A DNA stretch of 64,000 nucleotides from a virus. Made by a program: the position numbers and the translations under genes. Positions 8,237 to 19,047 of this stretch are shown here, piece by piece. The DNA lies in IMG/VR virus record IMGVR_UViG_3300008107_000017, positions 75,777 through 139,776 of that record, one strand, 5' to 3'. The stretch's first letter is position 1. Every line of letters begins with the position of its first letter. The notes beneath the pieces are model-generated. The model was not told where the DNA came from. It searched no databases and saw only the letters and a program-made list of their open reading frames with translations.

Positions 8237-10512
8237 TGGCAAATATCATACCAGGTGTACCAACGCCAAGTGATCCATCGTGTGCTCTTACCATTTGCGG
8301 TAGAATTATAGCACAAGTAGATTGCATTAAGTATATAATGCAAGGTACATCCGCGTGTATTGATATTCAGTTTTTTGGTGCTGATGGTCAACCTCTTGAC
8401 CTAGATCGTTTTTGCGAAATGCAAATTCAATTAACGAATGAATTTGAATGCGTTGTTGCAAATTTTTGGTATCCTGGTGTTCCTACTGGATCAAAAGGAT
8501 TTGATATTGAGATTTTACAATACACTACAACAGGTGGTCATATTGTAAATAAGGGTCTTGTTAGAATATGCTTATCAACTAACTGTACATTAACTTCACC
8601 TGGTGCTGTTTCTGCAGAGATCATATTAAAGGAATGTTTATTAACAGGTGAGCAAGGAATTTTAACTGGAGTACCTACACCAACCGGAGCGGATGGTGAA
8701 ACGTTTGGCATTCCATGTTTACTAATTGCAAATATTCTTAATTCAAAAATTGCAAAAAACGGTGGAGATAGCGGATGTTTTCCTGGATACATTCCACCTC
8801 AGCCTGGTAGTAGTGGTATAGGATACGCAATAGGATCAACTGGAGCAACAGGTATTCACGGGGCAACTGGTGTGCAAGGTTTGGCTGGAGAAGGCTCAAC
8901 TGGTGCAACAGGAACACAAGGATTTACTGGTTCAACCGGATCGCAAGGTAATCAAGGATTTACTGGTTCAACTGGTGCAACAGGAACTCAAGGATTTACT
9001 GGTTCAACCGGATCGCAAGGTAATCAAGGATTTACTGGTTCAACCGGATCGCAAGGTAATCAAGGATTTATTGGTGCAACCGGTATAGGTGCAACCGGCC
9101 CCCAAGGTGCAGGTGGTACATTAGGTTATTGGGGTAGTTTTTGGAGTACACAAACACAAACCAATCCAACACCTAATGCCGTTAATGTAATGTCATTTAA
9201 TAACACTGACCCAGATTCAAATGGTGTTTCTATTCAAAATAACACGGAACTAACATTTGCATATGAAGGTGTTTATAATATACAATTTTCTGCACAGGTT
9301 AATAGAATACTTGCCGCTCCTTTAGCGGCAGAGGTTGATATTTGGTTTGCAAAAAATGGAGTATCAATCCCTGACTCTAACACCATTTTGTTCATTTCAG
9401 GACCGAGCTCTGGGGCAAAGGATGTTGCTGCATGGAATTATCAACTAAAACTAAATGCAGGAGACTACATTGAACTCTATTGGTCATGTCCTAATACTGA
9501 TATTGAACTTACGTACATACCCGTAACATTTAGTCCTACTCGCCCAGCTGTACCATCTGTAATTTTAACTGCTCAACAAGTAACATATACGCAAAAAGGT
9601 GCAACCGGCGCAACTGGCACACAGGGCGATCCTGGTGCAACTGGAACCCAGGGTGATCCAGGTTTTATTGGAGCAACAGGTTTAGGTTCTACTGGCGCAA
9701 CTGGTGCTCAAGGTGACCCAGGTCTAATTGGAGCAACTGGAATGGGTTTTATTGGAGCAACTGGAATGGGTTCTACTGGGGCCACTGGAACCCAAGGGGA
9801 TCCGGGTCTAATTGGAGCAACTGGAACAGGTTTTACTGGAGCCACTGGAACGGGTTTTACTGGAGCCACCGGTGCAACTGGCACATCCGGTTTAAACGGA
9901 ATACCTGGCCCAACTGGTCCGCAAGGTTTTACTGGAGCAACTGGACTAATAGGATCAACTGGATTTATTGGATCAACTGGCCCACAGGCAAGTTCCAGCG
10001 CAGGCCTATTTTCACAGATAGCAAACTCAACTCCAGTTACAGCCACTACAACGGAGTTGAGTATTTTAGGCAGTGGGGTTGGAACTTTATCTGTTCCTGC
10101 TAATGGATTTGCAGTAGGTGATAGTTTTACCGCAAATATGAGTGGTATTATGTCTGCCCAAAATGGTAATACACTTAGACTTAGAATTAAAAGTGGAAGT
10201 GTGGTTCTTGCAGATAGCGGGCCATTAACTATGCCTGGTAGCGGTATAACTAACCAGGTGTGGAATCTAACAATAGATTTTACAATTAGAGCTATAGGTG
10301 GTGCTGGTACTGCTGGAATAGCAACATTAGGTCAAATGCATATTCTTAAACTTGCAAGCGGTTCACAAGAAGGTTTTGGTTTTAATACAATTAATACTAC
10401 AACATTTGATACCACAACATCTAATACTCTGGATGTAACCGCACAGTGGTCTAGCAACAATGCAAATAATAGTATTTACACCGATATATTCGTGCTAACT
10501 AAAATTTATTAA
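8236..10512 (+). CDS. Collagen-like fibre/tail-associated structural protein
   Basis: Two long G-X-Y tracts rich in GAT/GST/GFT separated by a beta-rich C1q-like domain. Confidence 0.8.
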   Translation: MANIIPGVPTPSDPSCALTICGRIIAQVDCIKYIMQGTSACIDIQFFGADGQPLDLDRFCEMQIQLTNEFECVVANFWYPGVPTGSKGFDIEILQYTTTGGHIVNKGLVRICLSTNCTLTSPGAVSAEIILKECLLTGEQGILTGVPTPTGADGETFGIPCLLIANILNSKIAKNGGDSGCFPGYIPPQPGSSGIGYAIGSTGATGIHGATGVQGLAGEGSTGATGTQGFTGSTGSQGNQGFTGSTGATGTQGFTGSTGSQGNQGFTGSTGSQGNQGFIGATGIGATGPQGAGGTLGYWGSFWSTQTQTNPTPNAVNVMSFNNTDPDSNGVSIQNNTELTFAYEGVYNIQFSAQVNRILAAPLAAEVDIWFAKNGVSIPDSNTILFISGPSSGAKDVAAWNYQLKLNAGDYIELYWSCPNTDIELTYIPVTFSPTRPAVPSVILTAQQVTYTQKGATGATGTQGDPGATGTQGDPGFIGATGLGSTGATGAQGDPGLIGATGMGFIGATGMGSTGATGTQGDPGLIGATGTGFTGATGTGFTGATGATGTSGLNGIPGPTGPQGFTGATGLIGSTGFIGSTGPQASSSAGLFSQIANSTPVTATTTELSILGSGVGTLSVPANGFAVGDSFTANMSGIMSAQNGNTLRLRIKSGSVVLADSGPLTMPGSGITNQVWNLTIDFTIRAIGGAGTAGIATLGQMHILKLASGSQEGFGFNTINTTTFDTTTSNTLDVTAQWSSNNANNSIYTDIFVLTKIY
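8830..9120 (+). repeat. Coding collagen repeats (36-bp units CAAGGATTTACTGGTTCAACCGGATCGCAAGGTAAT)
   Basis: Near-identical tandem units; a second collagen tract lies at about 9598-9990. Confidence 0.85.
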
Positions 10513-10607
10513 TATAGATGAATAATTTTGAATGGAAAGGTGGTTGGTTAAATAGTATATTACGGATACACACAGATTTAATCTGAAATAAATATTAAAA
10601 CTAAGTC

Positions 10608-11273
10608 ATGAAAAATAAACTCGTTCATTATTTTATCATAGGTATCTTTTGTAGTCTTTATTTCTTAGTAGCTACAATCTCTATGATTAACTCTGTTGCA
10701 TTTTTTGACCTAGCTCATAATGGCATTATGAACTGGGCTCTTGCTATTGGATTTGAATTGGGTGCAGCTGCTTCTCTTGCTGCTATTATTATCTTGGATA
10801 AGACAAATAAAACAATGGTATGGACTCTATTCCTACTTTTAACCGGATTCCAAATGATGGCAAATTCATTTCATGCATTTGTAAATCTTGAAAACTATAT
10901 GCCTTGGATAGAACTGTTTGGTCTTGAAGAGGAAGAGCCTATATTCCAAAAAAGAATTCTCTCAATTGTGAGTGGAGCCGTATTACCTATTGTGGCTCTA
11001 GGATTCATTAAATCATTGGTTGATTATATTAGACCTGAAAAAACTGAGGAACCTCTACAGGCGGCAATTGAAAATAAACCGGCCGAGGTACCTACAGAAC
11101 CACAAATAGAAGCCCTTACTGTAGTGGAAGAAAAAGTGGAAGCCTCATCTATCATAGGTGATTCAAAGGTAGGTCATGTTACCATAACACCTGAAGTCAC
11201 TGAAACTAAAGAAGATGTAGTGGCGTCCAAACAAGAAATCTCCCCAGTTAAACATTACAATCCTAAGCCATAA
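10608..11273 (+). CDS. Multi-pass membrane protein (possible holin-like)
   Basis: About 4 hydrophobic helices; close to the endolysin. Confidence 0.5.
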   Translation: MKNKLVHYFIIGIFCSLYFLVATISMINSVAFFDLAHNGIMNWALAIGFELGAAASLAAIIILDKTNKTMVWTLFLLLTGFQMMANSFHAFVNLENYMPWIELFGLEEEEPIFQKRILSIVSGAVLPIVALGFIKSLVDYIRPEKTEEPLQAAIENKPAEVPTEPQIEALTVVEEKVEASSIIGDSKVGHVTITPEVTETKEDVVASKQEISPVKHYNPKP

Positions 11274-11315
11274 GTATATACTTATGAACTTATTAACTCA
11301 AAAAAATAAAAAGGT

Positions 11316-12029
11316 ATGCCAGCTAGAACCTATGATGATGAAGTGTTTCGTGAAAAACGAACTATAAAAAACCCAATAAAATTTAAGATACCTCTAAACG
11401 AAGAACAAAAATCTGCAAAAGATATAATCTTAGCAAATACTATAACACTCCTTGCTGGTAAAGCAGGTAGTGGTAAAACGCTATTAGCATGTCAAATTGC
11501 CCTTGACGGTTTATTCCGTAGGCATTTTGAAAAAGTAATTATTACAAGACCTACTGTATCAAAAGAAGAAATAGGATTCCTACCAGGTGATCTTCACCAA
11601 AAGATGGATCCATGGGTACAACCAATTTATCAAAACATGTATCTTTTGTACGGTAAGGATAAAATAGATCCCTTTATTCAAAGTGGTCAAATTGAAATTG
11701 TGCCAGTTTCATTTATGAGAGGCCGAACATTTCTTGACTCGTGTGTTATTGTTGACGAAGCACAAAACGTTACCAATGAACAAATGGAAATGATTGTTAC
11801 TAGGGTAGGTCTTCGTTCCAAAATGATTATCTGTGGAGATGATGGCCAGGTTGACTTAAAGAATAAGAGTGACTCCGGCTTTAGATTTTTGTACAATTGC
11901 GCAAAGAAAATAAAGCATCTTGCTGCAATTACTCTATTTCAAAATCACAGAGATCCTATTGTTGATACTCTTATTGATATTTATGAAGAAGAGAATTTAA
12001 GAAGAAATGGCGGAAAGCCTAATAAATAG
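11316..12029 (+). CDS. phoH: PhoH-like ATPase
   Basis: GKAGSGKT, IGFLPGDL, FMRGRTF, VDEAQN, GDDGQVD. Confidence 0.95.
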   Translation: MPARTYDDEVFREKRTIKNPIKFKIPLNEEQKSAKDIILANTITLLAGKAGSGKTLLACQIALDGLFRRHFEKVIITRPTVSKEEIGFLPGDLHQKMDPWVQPIYQNMYLLYGKDKIDPFIQSGQIEIVPVSFMRGRTFLDSCVIVDEAQNVTNEQMEMIVTRVGLRSKMIICGDDGQVDLKNKSDSGFRFLYNCAKKIKHLAAITLFQNHRDPIVDTLIDIYEEENLRRNGGKPNK

Positions 12030-12044
12030 AAAAAATGAACCATT

Positions 12045-12926
12045 ATGATATTAAAGAAAGGCTCCAAGGGAAATGATGTTAAAGAATTACAAAGATTCCT
12101 TGGTATTAAAGATGACGGGAATTTTGGACCAGGAACTGAAGCCGCTGTTAAAAAATGGCAAGCCGCAAATGGTCTTACCGCTGATGGTATTGTGGGTCCT
12201 GCCACTTGGAACGCTATGGGTGTTGCTACTACTGATGCTTCGGAAAAAGTTTATACGACATCAAATGGATTAATAGTTAATCGCTATTATATGCCTACTG
12301 ATGAATACCTGCCAGGTCCTATTAAACCTGAATGGGTATTCCTTCACCATACCGCAGGATGGCATAATCCTTATAACACTATTGATAGCTGGGCAAAGGA
12401 TACTCGTGGAAAAATCGCAACTGAATTTGTTCTAGGAGGCCCTTCGGTTAGAGGTAATGACGATAAGTACGATGGTGTAATGGTCCAAGCATTTCCTGAA
12501 GGAAATTATGGATGGCACTTAGGTCAATGTGGATCTCAAAAAATGCATAAGAATTCAGTAGGAATTGAGGTATGTAATTTTGGGTATGTAGTAAATGGTA
12601 AAACATATGCAGGTACTCAAGTTACACAATCACAAACTGTTGAATTAGCAAAGCCGTTCCGTGGTCATAAAATATGGCATCGCTATTCAGACGCTCAAAT
12701 TGAATCATTAAGACTTTGGATTCTTTGGATTGCTGAAAGAGACAACATTGATGTTAGATCAGGATTACCTGCTTTAATTAAGGAGAATGGTGCTGCCGCA
12801 TTTGAATGGAATGAAGATGCTTATTATGGTAAAGCCAAAGGACTTTGGACTCATACCAATACAAGAAAAGATAAAGTTGATATGTTCCCTCAGCAAGAAT
12901 TGATGGATATGTTAACAAGCCTCTAA
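12045..12926 (+). CDS. Endolysin: PG-binding domain + N-acetylmuramoyl-L-alanine amidase
   Basis: LKKGSKGNDVKELQ...DGIVGPATW; LHHTAG...SVGIEVCN...HT...KVD. Confidence 0.9.
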   Translation: MILKKGSKGNDVKELQRFLGIKDDGNFGPGTEAAVKKWQAANGLTADGIVGPATWNAMGVATTDASEKVYTTSNGLIVNRYYMPTDEYLPGPIKPEWVFLHHTAGWHNPYNTIDSWAKDTRGKIATEFVLGGPSVRGNDDKYDGVMVQAFPEGNYGWHLGQCGSQKMHKNSVGIEVCNFGYVVNGKTYAGTQVTQSQTVELAKPFRGHKIWHRYSDAQIESLRLWILWIAERDNIDVRSGLPALIKENGAAAFEWNEDAYYGKAKGLWTHTNTRKDKVDMFPQQELMDMLTSL

Positions 12927-12943
12927 AAAATAGAAAATATGAA

Positions 12944-13087
12944 ATGGCAAAAGCTAAAGCCGGTGTAACAAATTCTTTCAAAAGTAAACCTAAGGTATGT
13001 AGACCTGGGGTTCAGGCTAAGACTAAACAGTCTAAGAATAAGAAATCAAAGAATTACGTTAAGCCATATAGAGGTCAAGGTCGCTGA
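12944..13087 (+). CDS. Small basic protein (47 aa)
   Basis: Manual ORF MAKAKAG...KSKNYVKPYRGQGR*. Confidence 0.7.
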   Translation: MAKAKAGVTNSFKSKPKVCRPGVQAKTKQSKNKKSKNYVKPYRGQGR

Positions 13088-13238
13088 CTTATTGTCATAG
13101 ACACTTTTGAGTTTTCATGAAATCCATGACATTTTTTGTAGTGTTTTCTTAAAAATATAGTTTTGCATGGTTTTTATAGTTATAATAAACAAATAGGGGA
13201 AACTCTATTATAATAAAAAACTAAAAAAAAATTAAGCT

Positions 13239-13601
13239 ATGTTTTATTACAATTCAAATCATTTTGATGATCTGCTAAAGGACACATTTAAAGATTGGCC
13301 TACATGGTCAACAACAGTAACTTCATTAGGTAATCACTATTCAGAAAAAACTGATGATGGTTATAAGTTGGAAATTGCAGTACCTGGTTTAACTAAAGAA
13401 GACCTAAAGGTTAAGATCATCAAAGGCCGTCTTAATGTTATCTGTGAAAAAGAAAATCATTGGACTTCTGCTTTTGACAAAACATTTACTCTACCAGAAG
13501 ATGCTGATGTTAAAAAAGTAAAGGCATCTGTTGAGAATGGTATCTTATCAATTGTAGTTCCTATTGGTAAAGATCCTGAAAACATTATTGAAATTATTTG
13601 A
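13239..13601 (+). CDS. Small heat shock protein (Hsp20)
   Basis: LEIAVPGLTKEDLKV...FTLPEDAD...ASVENGILSI. Confidence 0.9.
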   Translation: MFYYNSNHFDDLLKDTFKDWPTWSTTVTSLGNHYSEKTDDGYKLEIAVPGLTKEDLKVKIIKGRLNVICEKENHWTSAFDKTFTLPEDADVKKVKASVENGILSIVVPIGKDPENIIEII

Positions 13602-13643
13602 AACAAGATAAGTAAACTTGTATATAAATAAAAAACAATAGAT

Positions 13644-13868
13644 ATGGAAAATCAAAATCCTCAGGAATTAACCCAAGCACAGGCAGTCAATGTTTTAATC
13701 CAGGCCGCTCGTATTGCACAGTCAAAAGGAGCATTCACGCTTGAAGATGCAGAATTAGTTTCTAAAGCAATTAAAGCGTTTGTACCGGTTAACCAAGAAA
13801 ATGGCCAGGATCCTGTTATTAATGAAACTCAAGAAGAGACTATTCAACCGGTAGTAGAAAAAGCATAA
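13644..13868 (+). CDS. Hypothetical protein
   Basis: Bounded by a class II promoter and a terminator. Confidence 0.7.
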   Translation: MENQNPQELTQAQAVNVLIQAARIAQSKGAFTLEDAELVSKAIKAFVPVNQENGQDPVINETQEETIQPVVEKA

Positions 13869-13893
13869 GGTGGTTAAGATCTTAGTTTTGATC

Positions 13894-13924
13894 GAGGATC
13901 TGAGTAATCAGATCCTCTTTTTTT
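13894..13924 (+). terminator. Rho-independent terminator
   Basis: GAGGATCTGA-GTAA-TCAGATCCTC + T7. Confidence 0.9.
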
Positions 13925-13959
13925 GCTTACAGATAAATAATAAAATTAAGAACCTGCAG

Positions 13960-15349
13960 ATGAAAAGGAGAATTCCTAAAATAATTGTTAACCCAACTAG
14001 AGTACAACCCAATAGGCCAATACAGGTTACAAACCAGGTACAACCACAAAGGCAAGTACCACAAATAAATAATGGACCTAGTGTACCTATAAATAAGAGA
14101 ACAAGTTTTTCTGCAAAGAGTTCTACAAGAGTTTTTATTCTAGGCGGTGGTCCTTCAATTAAAGATGTAAATCTTTCATTTCTAAATGGTGAAGATGTTA
14201 TTTGTGTAAATAAGTCAATCGATCTGGTAAGAAATCCTACATTCTTTATCACAATGGATTATAGCTTTTTTGGCAAGGTTGGTGCACCTGTACAAAATAT
14301 TACATCCAAGGCAAAGAGTAGCCATTTTATAATTAATAAGGGACATAAGTATATCCAGGAGATAAATGGATCTTATGTTGATGTTAGGAATAACCTTAGG
14401 TATGCTGGGCTTGAACACTTTACATCTTTGTGCAATTCAATTTGCAATCCTGGCGGGATATCGTGAAATCTACTTATTAGGATTTGATTTAGGAAATACT
14501 AATATTCATGCAGAAACTCATTTTCATGGAGCATATCCTAAAGTTCCATCAGAAACATTTAGACAAAGATTAGGTACATATACAGCAAATCTTGTAGCCT
14601 CTATCTCTAAATTATCTTCAAAGAGTTCAACCAAGATAATGACAATGACACCTACTCCATTAGAGGCGGTGATACCTTTGGTAAAAACTGTGAGTGGTGT
14701 TGATAAAGTAGAACTACAAGAACCGCCTAAAGAAGTCATTAACACAACATCTTCTCTATCTGATCTGGTAATTGTTGCATACTATACACTTAACACTCCG
14801 TATGAAGATGAAGCCAAAAAATTAATCAGATCTCTTAGTAGATTAGGTCTTAATCACGACGTAGTAGGTGTTAAGAATCTTGGTGATTGGCAGGCAAACA
14901 CCAGATTTAAGGCTAAGTTTATGGAAGACATGTTAAATAAGCATCAAGGAAAAAATCTTTTATATGTTGACTCTGATGCCATAGTACACAGTAAACCGGT
15001 TCTTTTTGAAAACTATAACTATGATATTGCAGTTAGGTGGCAAGACTTTAGATGGAGAAAGGATGAATGCCTAAGCGGTACTATTTTTATGGCAAATAAT
15101 AATAAGACCAGAGAACTCTGTAAAAGATGGCAGAGAATTAACATAAGCGAAGGACCTAATGCAAAAACATTTGAACAATGGAACTTAGGCGCAGTGATTA
15201 AAGAAATGGAAAGTGAAGGAAAGATTAAGACTGATAATCTACCTGCCGAATACACATTTATATTTGATAGTATGAGAGCATTATATCCTAATGCAGTACC
15301 TATTATTGAACATTTTCAGGCTAGTAGAAAATTAAGAAATAAGATATAA
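13960..15349 (+). pseudogene. Frameshifted two-domain glycosyltransferase (Maf/GT42-like domain + DxD GT-A domain)
   Basis: Frame 1 has ILGGGPS...VN...TMD; frame 2 continues CAIQFAILAGYREIYLLGFD, then YVDSDA; junction near 14428. Confidence 0.7.
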
Positions 15350-15355
15350 TTATTT

Positions 15356-16030
15356 ATGAAAATTAATGAATACTTCGATAAAGTAATCTGTATCAATCTC
15401 GCTAAGCGTAATGATAGATGGGAAGAAATGCAGAAACAATTTAAGAAACATAACATTAAGGTAAGTAGATTTAATGCGATTGATGGAAATCCTATGGGAT
15501 GGAAAAGTGATAACTTTGAAGGTAAAGAAACATCGTTTGCCGGCGCTATGGGTTGTATTGCAAGTCATGTTAATGTTTATAGTTTAGCAAAACAAAACGG
15601 TTGGAAAAATGTTTTAATCATCGAAGATGATTGCGATTTTATAGACGATTTGAATAAAATGTTTGAAGAGTCTATAAAAACATTACCTAATAAATGGGAT
15701 CTTTTATACTTTGGTGGTGTTCATGAAACACGTGGTGGTAAATTTGTTCCTGAAAAATTTAATAAGTTTTTTGTTAAGGCAAAAAGAATTATAACAACTA
15801 CATGTTATGCAGTGAATCATACTGCGTATGATTTGATTTTAGATACTGTATTGGAAAAGAAGCCGTATTTTGATTGTCCTATTGATACATATCTAGGTGC
15901 ATATATTCAACCTAATCTAGAAACATACGCATATCATCCTCCGATTGCTTGGCAAAGACCAAGTCATAGCGATATCCAAAATGCACATCGTGATTATTCT
16001 GAAATGATGAAAAATAATAATGTAAAGTAG
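15356..16030 (+). CDS. Glycosyltransferase family 25
   Basis: INLAKRNDR, FNAIDG, GCIASH, LIIEDD. Confidence 0.9.
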   Translation: MKINEYFDKVICINLAKRNDRWEEMQKQFKKHNIKVSRFNAIDGNPMGWKSDNFEGKETSFAGAMGCIASHVNVYSLAKQNGWKNVLIIEDDCDFIDDLNKMFEESIKTLPNKWDLLYFGGVHETRGGKFVPEKFNKFFVKAKRIITTTCYAVNHTAYDLILDTVLEKKPYFDCPIDTYLGAYIQPNLETYAYHPPIAWQRPSHSDIQNAHRDYSEMMKNNNVK

Positions 16031-16034
16031 TAAT

Positions 16035-16598
16035 ATGAAGATTGATTATATTATTCCAACTTTACATAGAGATACGTTAGATAGAGCTATAAAATCTATA
16101 ACAGATGAAGGCACAAATCATAATATTTTTGCCATTAGTCATGTTAAGGATGGTAGAGGTTGTGGTAATAGAAATGCAGGATTATCTCAAGTTAAAGATA
16201 GTGATTGGATTATTTTTCTAGATGACGACGACTATTTAGTTAAAGGATTTAGTAAACAGCTTGATAATAATTTCGATGTTGTTGTTTTTAGAATGTCACA
16301 GGATGCGTCTAACCCATATTATCCACCTAAGGTGATTCCTAGGGTATGTAATAAATGTTCTGAAACTACATCAAAGGGGTGCTGTTTACATAGCGGAAAT
16401 GTTGGTTGTAATTTTGCAATAAAGACTTCATTTTATCTTCAATATAAATGGTTATTTGACTGTTCTGTTAAAACACCTGATTGGCATTTCTTAGAAAGAG
16501 TAATTAATAAAACCGATAGAATAAAGGTTACAAAAGATATTTTTTATGTTGCTCCAATGGGAGGATATAATAAAGTAAAACCTAATGGAAAAAAATAA
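16035..16598 (+). CDS. Glycosyltransferase family 2
   Basis: IIPT...RNAGL...FLDDDD. Confidence 0.8.
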   Translation: MKIDYIIPTLHRDTLDRAIKSITDEGTNHNIFAISHVKDGRGCGNRNAGLSQVKDSDWIIFLDDDDYLVKGFSKQLDNNFDVVVFRMSQDASNPYYPPKVIPRVCNKCSETTSKGCCLHSGNVGCNFAIKTSFYLQYKWLFDCSVKTPDWHFLERVINKTDRIKVTKDIFYVAPMGGYNKVKPNGKK

Positions 16599-16604
16599 AA
16601 GAAT

Positions 16605-17198
16605 ATGATAATAACTGTTTATAATGATGTTATTCCACATGAAGTTGTAGAAAACCAAAGAAAGGTATTCGAAAAATTTGGAGAAAAGATTATACAAATT
16701 AAACCTAAAGTATGGGAGGGTCATGCCCATACGGTAGATTCTCATTTAAGAAATAGTAATTGGGAATATGCAATAGTATTTGATATTGATTGCATTCCTC
16801 TAAATAAAGATGTGATTAAAGAAGCACGAGACTGGGCATTAAAGAATATGGGATTATATTCAGTAGCACAAAATCCTAATCATATACCAGGTGCGCCTGA
16901 TTATGCAAGCCCGGCCTTTATTGCTTTTTCAAAAAAGACATATGAAGAGTTAGGAAGACCTAGTTTTCAAGGAACTAAAATTTGGGATGTTGGTGGAGAA
17001 TTAACCTATAGAGCAAGAGAAAAGAATATGCCAGTAGTGTTAATGTACCCAAGCCACGTTGAAATTCCTAAATGGAAATTTAAAGATGGTAAAATGTTTG
17101 GTATAGGAACTACTTATGCAAATAAAATATATCATCATTTTGAAGGAAGAAGAGTAACAAAAAGTTTTTTAGATAAATGTAAACAAATTTTATTATGA
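16605..17198 (+). CDS. Putative GT-A glycosyltransferase
   Basis: FDIDCIPL DxD motif; operon context. Confidence 0.55.
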   Translation: MIITVYNDVIPHEVVENQRKVFEKFGEKIIQIKPKVWEGHAHTVDSHLRNSNWEYAIVFDIDCIPLNKDVIKEARDWALKNMGLYSVAQNPNHIPGAPDYASPAFIAFSKKTYEELGRPSFQGTKIWDVGGELTYRAREKNMPVVLMYPSHVEIPKWKFKDGKMFGIGTTYANKIYHHFEGRRVTKSFLDKCKQILL

Positions 17199-17914
17199 AA
17201 AAGACAATTATAATTATCCCTGCAAGATGGGGATCAACTAGACTACCTGCAAAACCACTTGTTAAGATCTTAGATAAAATAATGATCCAATGGGTTTATG
17301 AAGAATGTAAAAAATCATTGGCAGATGAAGTCTATGTGGCAACAGACGATGAAAGAATCCGCACTAAGGTTAATGAATTTGGTGGTAAATGTATAATGAC
17401 AGGTGAATGTAAAACCGGCACAGATCGCGTATTAGAAGCTGCTAAAGATCTATCATATGATATTCTTATAAACATACAAGGCGATGAACCTGGTATATCA
17501 TTTAGAGATATTAACTCTCTTATTAATCTGGCAAATAGAAACACACAATCAGTTTCTACATTATCATCTCTTTTATCCAAAGAAGAACTAACCAATAGAA
17601 ATGTAGTAAAACTCATTAAGTCTGGTAAAAAGGTTGTAATGTTTACCAGGAGCAGTTCTTATCTTTTTAGTCCTGATGTAGAAAAGCATATTGGGGCATA
17701 TGCATTTCCTAAGGAGATTGTAGAAAAGATAGTAAAGCTTAAAACACAAACAGAAAATGAGATTGCAGAATCTTTAGAACAGTTAAGATGGGCAGATTCT
17801 GGAATATCATTTGTATGTAATACAGTTCTTCATGCTGCTAAAGGTGTTGATACACCAGAAGACTTAAAAATGATTGAAACATATCTTAAACAAAATAGAA
17901 AACAATCAATATAA
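17195..17914 (+). CDS. kdsB: CMP-Kdo synthetase (3-deoxy-manno-octulosonate cytidylyltransferase)
   Basis: IPARWGSTRLPAKPL, VATDD, GTDR, NIQGDEP, HIGAY, ESLEQLR, VDTPEDL. Confidence 0.92.
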   Translation: MKKTIIIIPARWGSTRLPAKPLVKILDKIMIQWVYEECKKSLADEVYVATDDERIRTKVNEFGGKCIMTGECKTGTDRVLEAAKDLSYDILINIQGDEPGISFRDINSLINLANRNTQSVSTLSSLLSKEELTNRNVVKLIKSGKKVVMFTRSSSYLFSPDVEKHIGAYAFPKEIVEKIVKLKTQTENEIAESLEQLRWADSGISFVCNTVLHAAKGVDTPEDLKMIETYLKQNRKQSI

Positions 17915-17930
17915 AACTAAATACTGTATT

Positions 17931-18158
17931 ATGCAACAGCAAATGAACTTAGATATTAATAACACAACGGAAGTTGTTTGTGAAAGCTGTGGTAACAATA
18001 CATTTAGACCAATCTTCTTTTTAAGAAGATTAAGTCCACTTATTTCACCTGATGGCAACGCTCGTTTAATTCCGATGGATACACTTGCATGTTTAAAATG
18101 CGATCATGTAAATAAAGACTTTAACCCAATTCCTCCACAAATTCAAACAGAAAAATAA
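17931..18158 (+). CDS. Zn-ribbon protein
   Basis: CESC...CLKC. Confidence 0.7.
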   Translation: MQQQMNLDINNTTEVVCESCGNNTFRPIFFLRRLSPLISPDGNARLIPMDTLACLKCDHVNKDFNPIPPQIQTEK

Positions 18159-18160
18159 AC

Positions 18161-18736
18161 ATGGAAAACAACGAAGAAACAGTAGTACAAGAGCCTTTAA
18201 AGAAAAGCGAATTAATTGCTAAACAAAAGGAACTTATGGAGCTTAATGAAAAGCTTCTTAAAGAAATGCAGGAAAGAGAGTATACCATTGATCTTAACAA
18301 CAAAAAGATTTTTGATCGTCTTGTTAAATTTCTTGAAAAGGATGCTCCTTGGGGTCATACCACTGCAACTGGCTTGGTTATGTTATATCATAATCTTCGC
18401 GAGCAGAAAGATATCATTATTAAGACAAAGGATTGGGATGGTAAGATCCAATTAAGATCTGCCAATGTAACTATTCTTTGGTCAATGGTTACTAAAATGA
18501 CCGGAAATGGATTCCATGAAGCCAAAGCCTTTATTGAATTAATGGCTGTATGTGGAGAAACTTTGGCCGGTGCTGTACAACGTGCCCACCAAGATAATCA
18601 ACAACTTCGTGAAAATCATGCTAAGCTATCTCAAATTGATGATCAATTAGCAGATCCTAATATCATCAATGATATTGAAGAATCTACAGAGACTGTATCT
18701 ATTGCTAATGAAGTAGACCCAGTAACTGAAGCATAA
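18161..18736 (+). CDS. Hypothetical protein
   Basis: 191-aa ORF, operon tiling. Confidence 0.7.
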   Translation: MENNEETVVQEPLKKSELIAKQKELMELNEKLLKEMQEREYTIDLNNKKIFDRLVKFLEKDAPWGHTTATGLVMLYHNLREQKDIIIKTKDWDGKIQLRSANVTILWSMVTKMTGNGFHEAKAFIELMAVCGETLAGAVQRAHQDNQQLRENHAKLSQIDDQLADPNIINDIEESTETVSIANEVDPVTEA

Positions 18737-18984
18737 TGGGATTCCATAAAAGATACATAGATAATCAACAGGTTATTCGCCTATTTAATGAAGGCGGGTC
18801 TGACCGGGTTATTAAATGGTATACCGGTAAGGTTGACTCTTTAATCCTAGAAACCGGACTAGCATCTGACATTAATAAGATTTTATCAGATGGTGAATGG
18901 ACAATGTTTGGTCAGGCAAAAATTGCCGAAGAAGTTACCAAACGGATTCATCAAGAATTAGGAATAGAAGAAATTAAAAAATAA
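18736..18984 (+). CDS. Hypothetical protein
   Basis: TAATG coupling; followed by a terminator. Confidence 0.7.
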   Translation: MGFHKRYIDNQQVIRLFNEGGSDRVIKWYTGKVDSLILETGLASDINKILSDGEWTMFGQAKIAEEVTKRIHQELGIEEIKK

Positions 18985-19003
18985 GGGACTTCGGTCCCTT
19001 TTT
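18983..19003 (+). terminator. Rho-independent terminator
   Basis: AAGGGAC-TTCG-GTCCCTT + T run. Confidence 0.9.
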
Positions 19004-19047
19004 ATTTCTCTATGTTATGATGAATAAATAAAAAAAGATATCCTAAC

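Noticed and set aside
14400-14466. Programmed ribosomal frameshift
   Set aside because: No slippery site or stimulatory structure is visible, and sequence appears to be missing, which fits a deletion or an assembly error better
17874-17930. MKHILNKIE start as another capsid-targeting leader
   Set aside because: It overlaps kdsB and a class II promoter and lacks the F/Y..F pattern; the likelier start is the ATG at 17931
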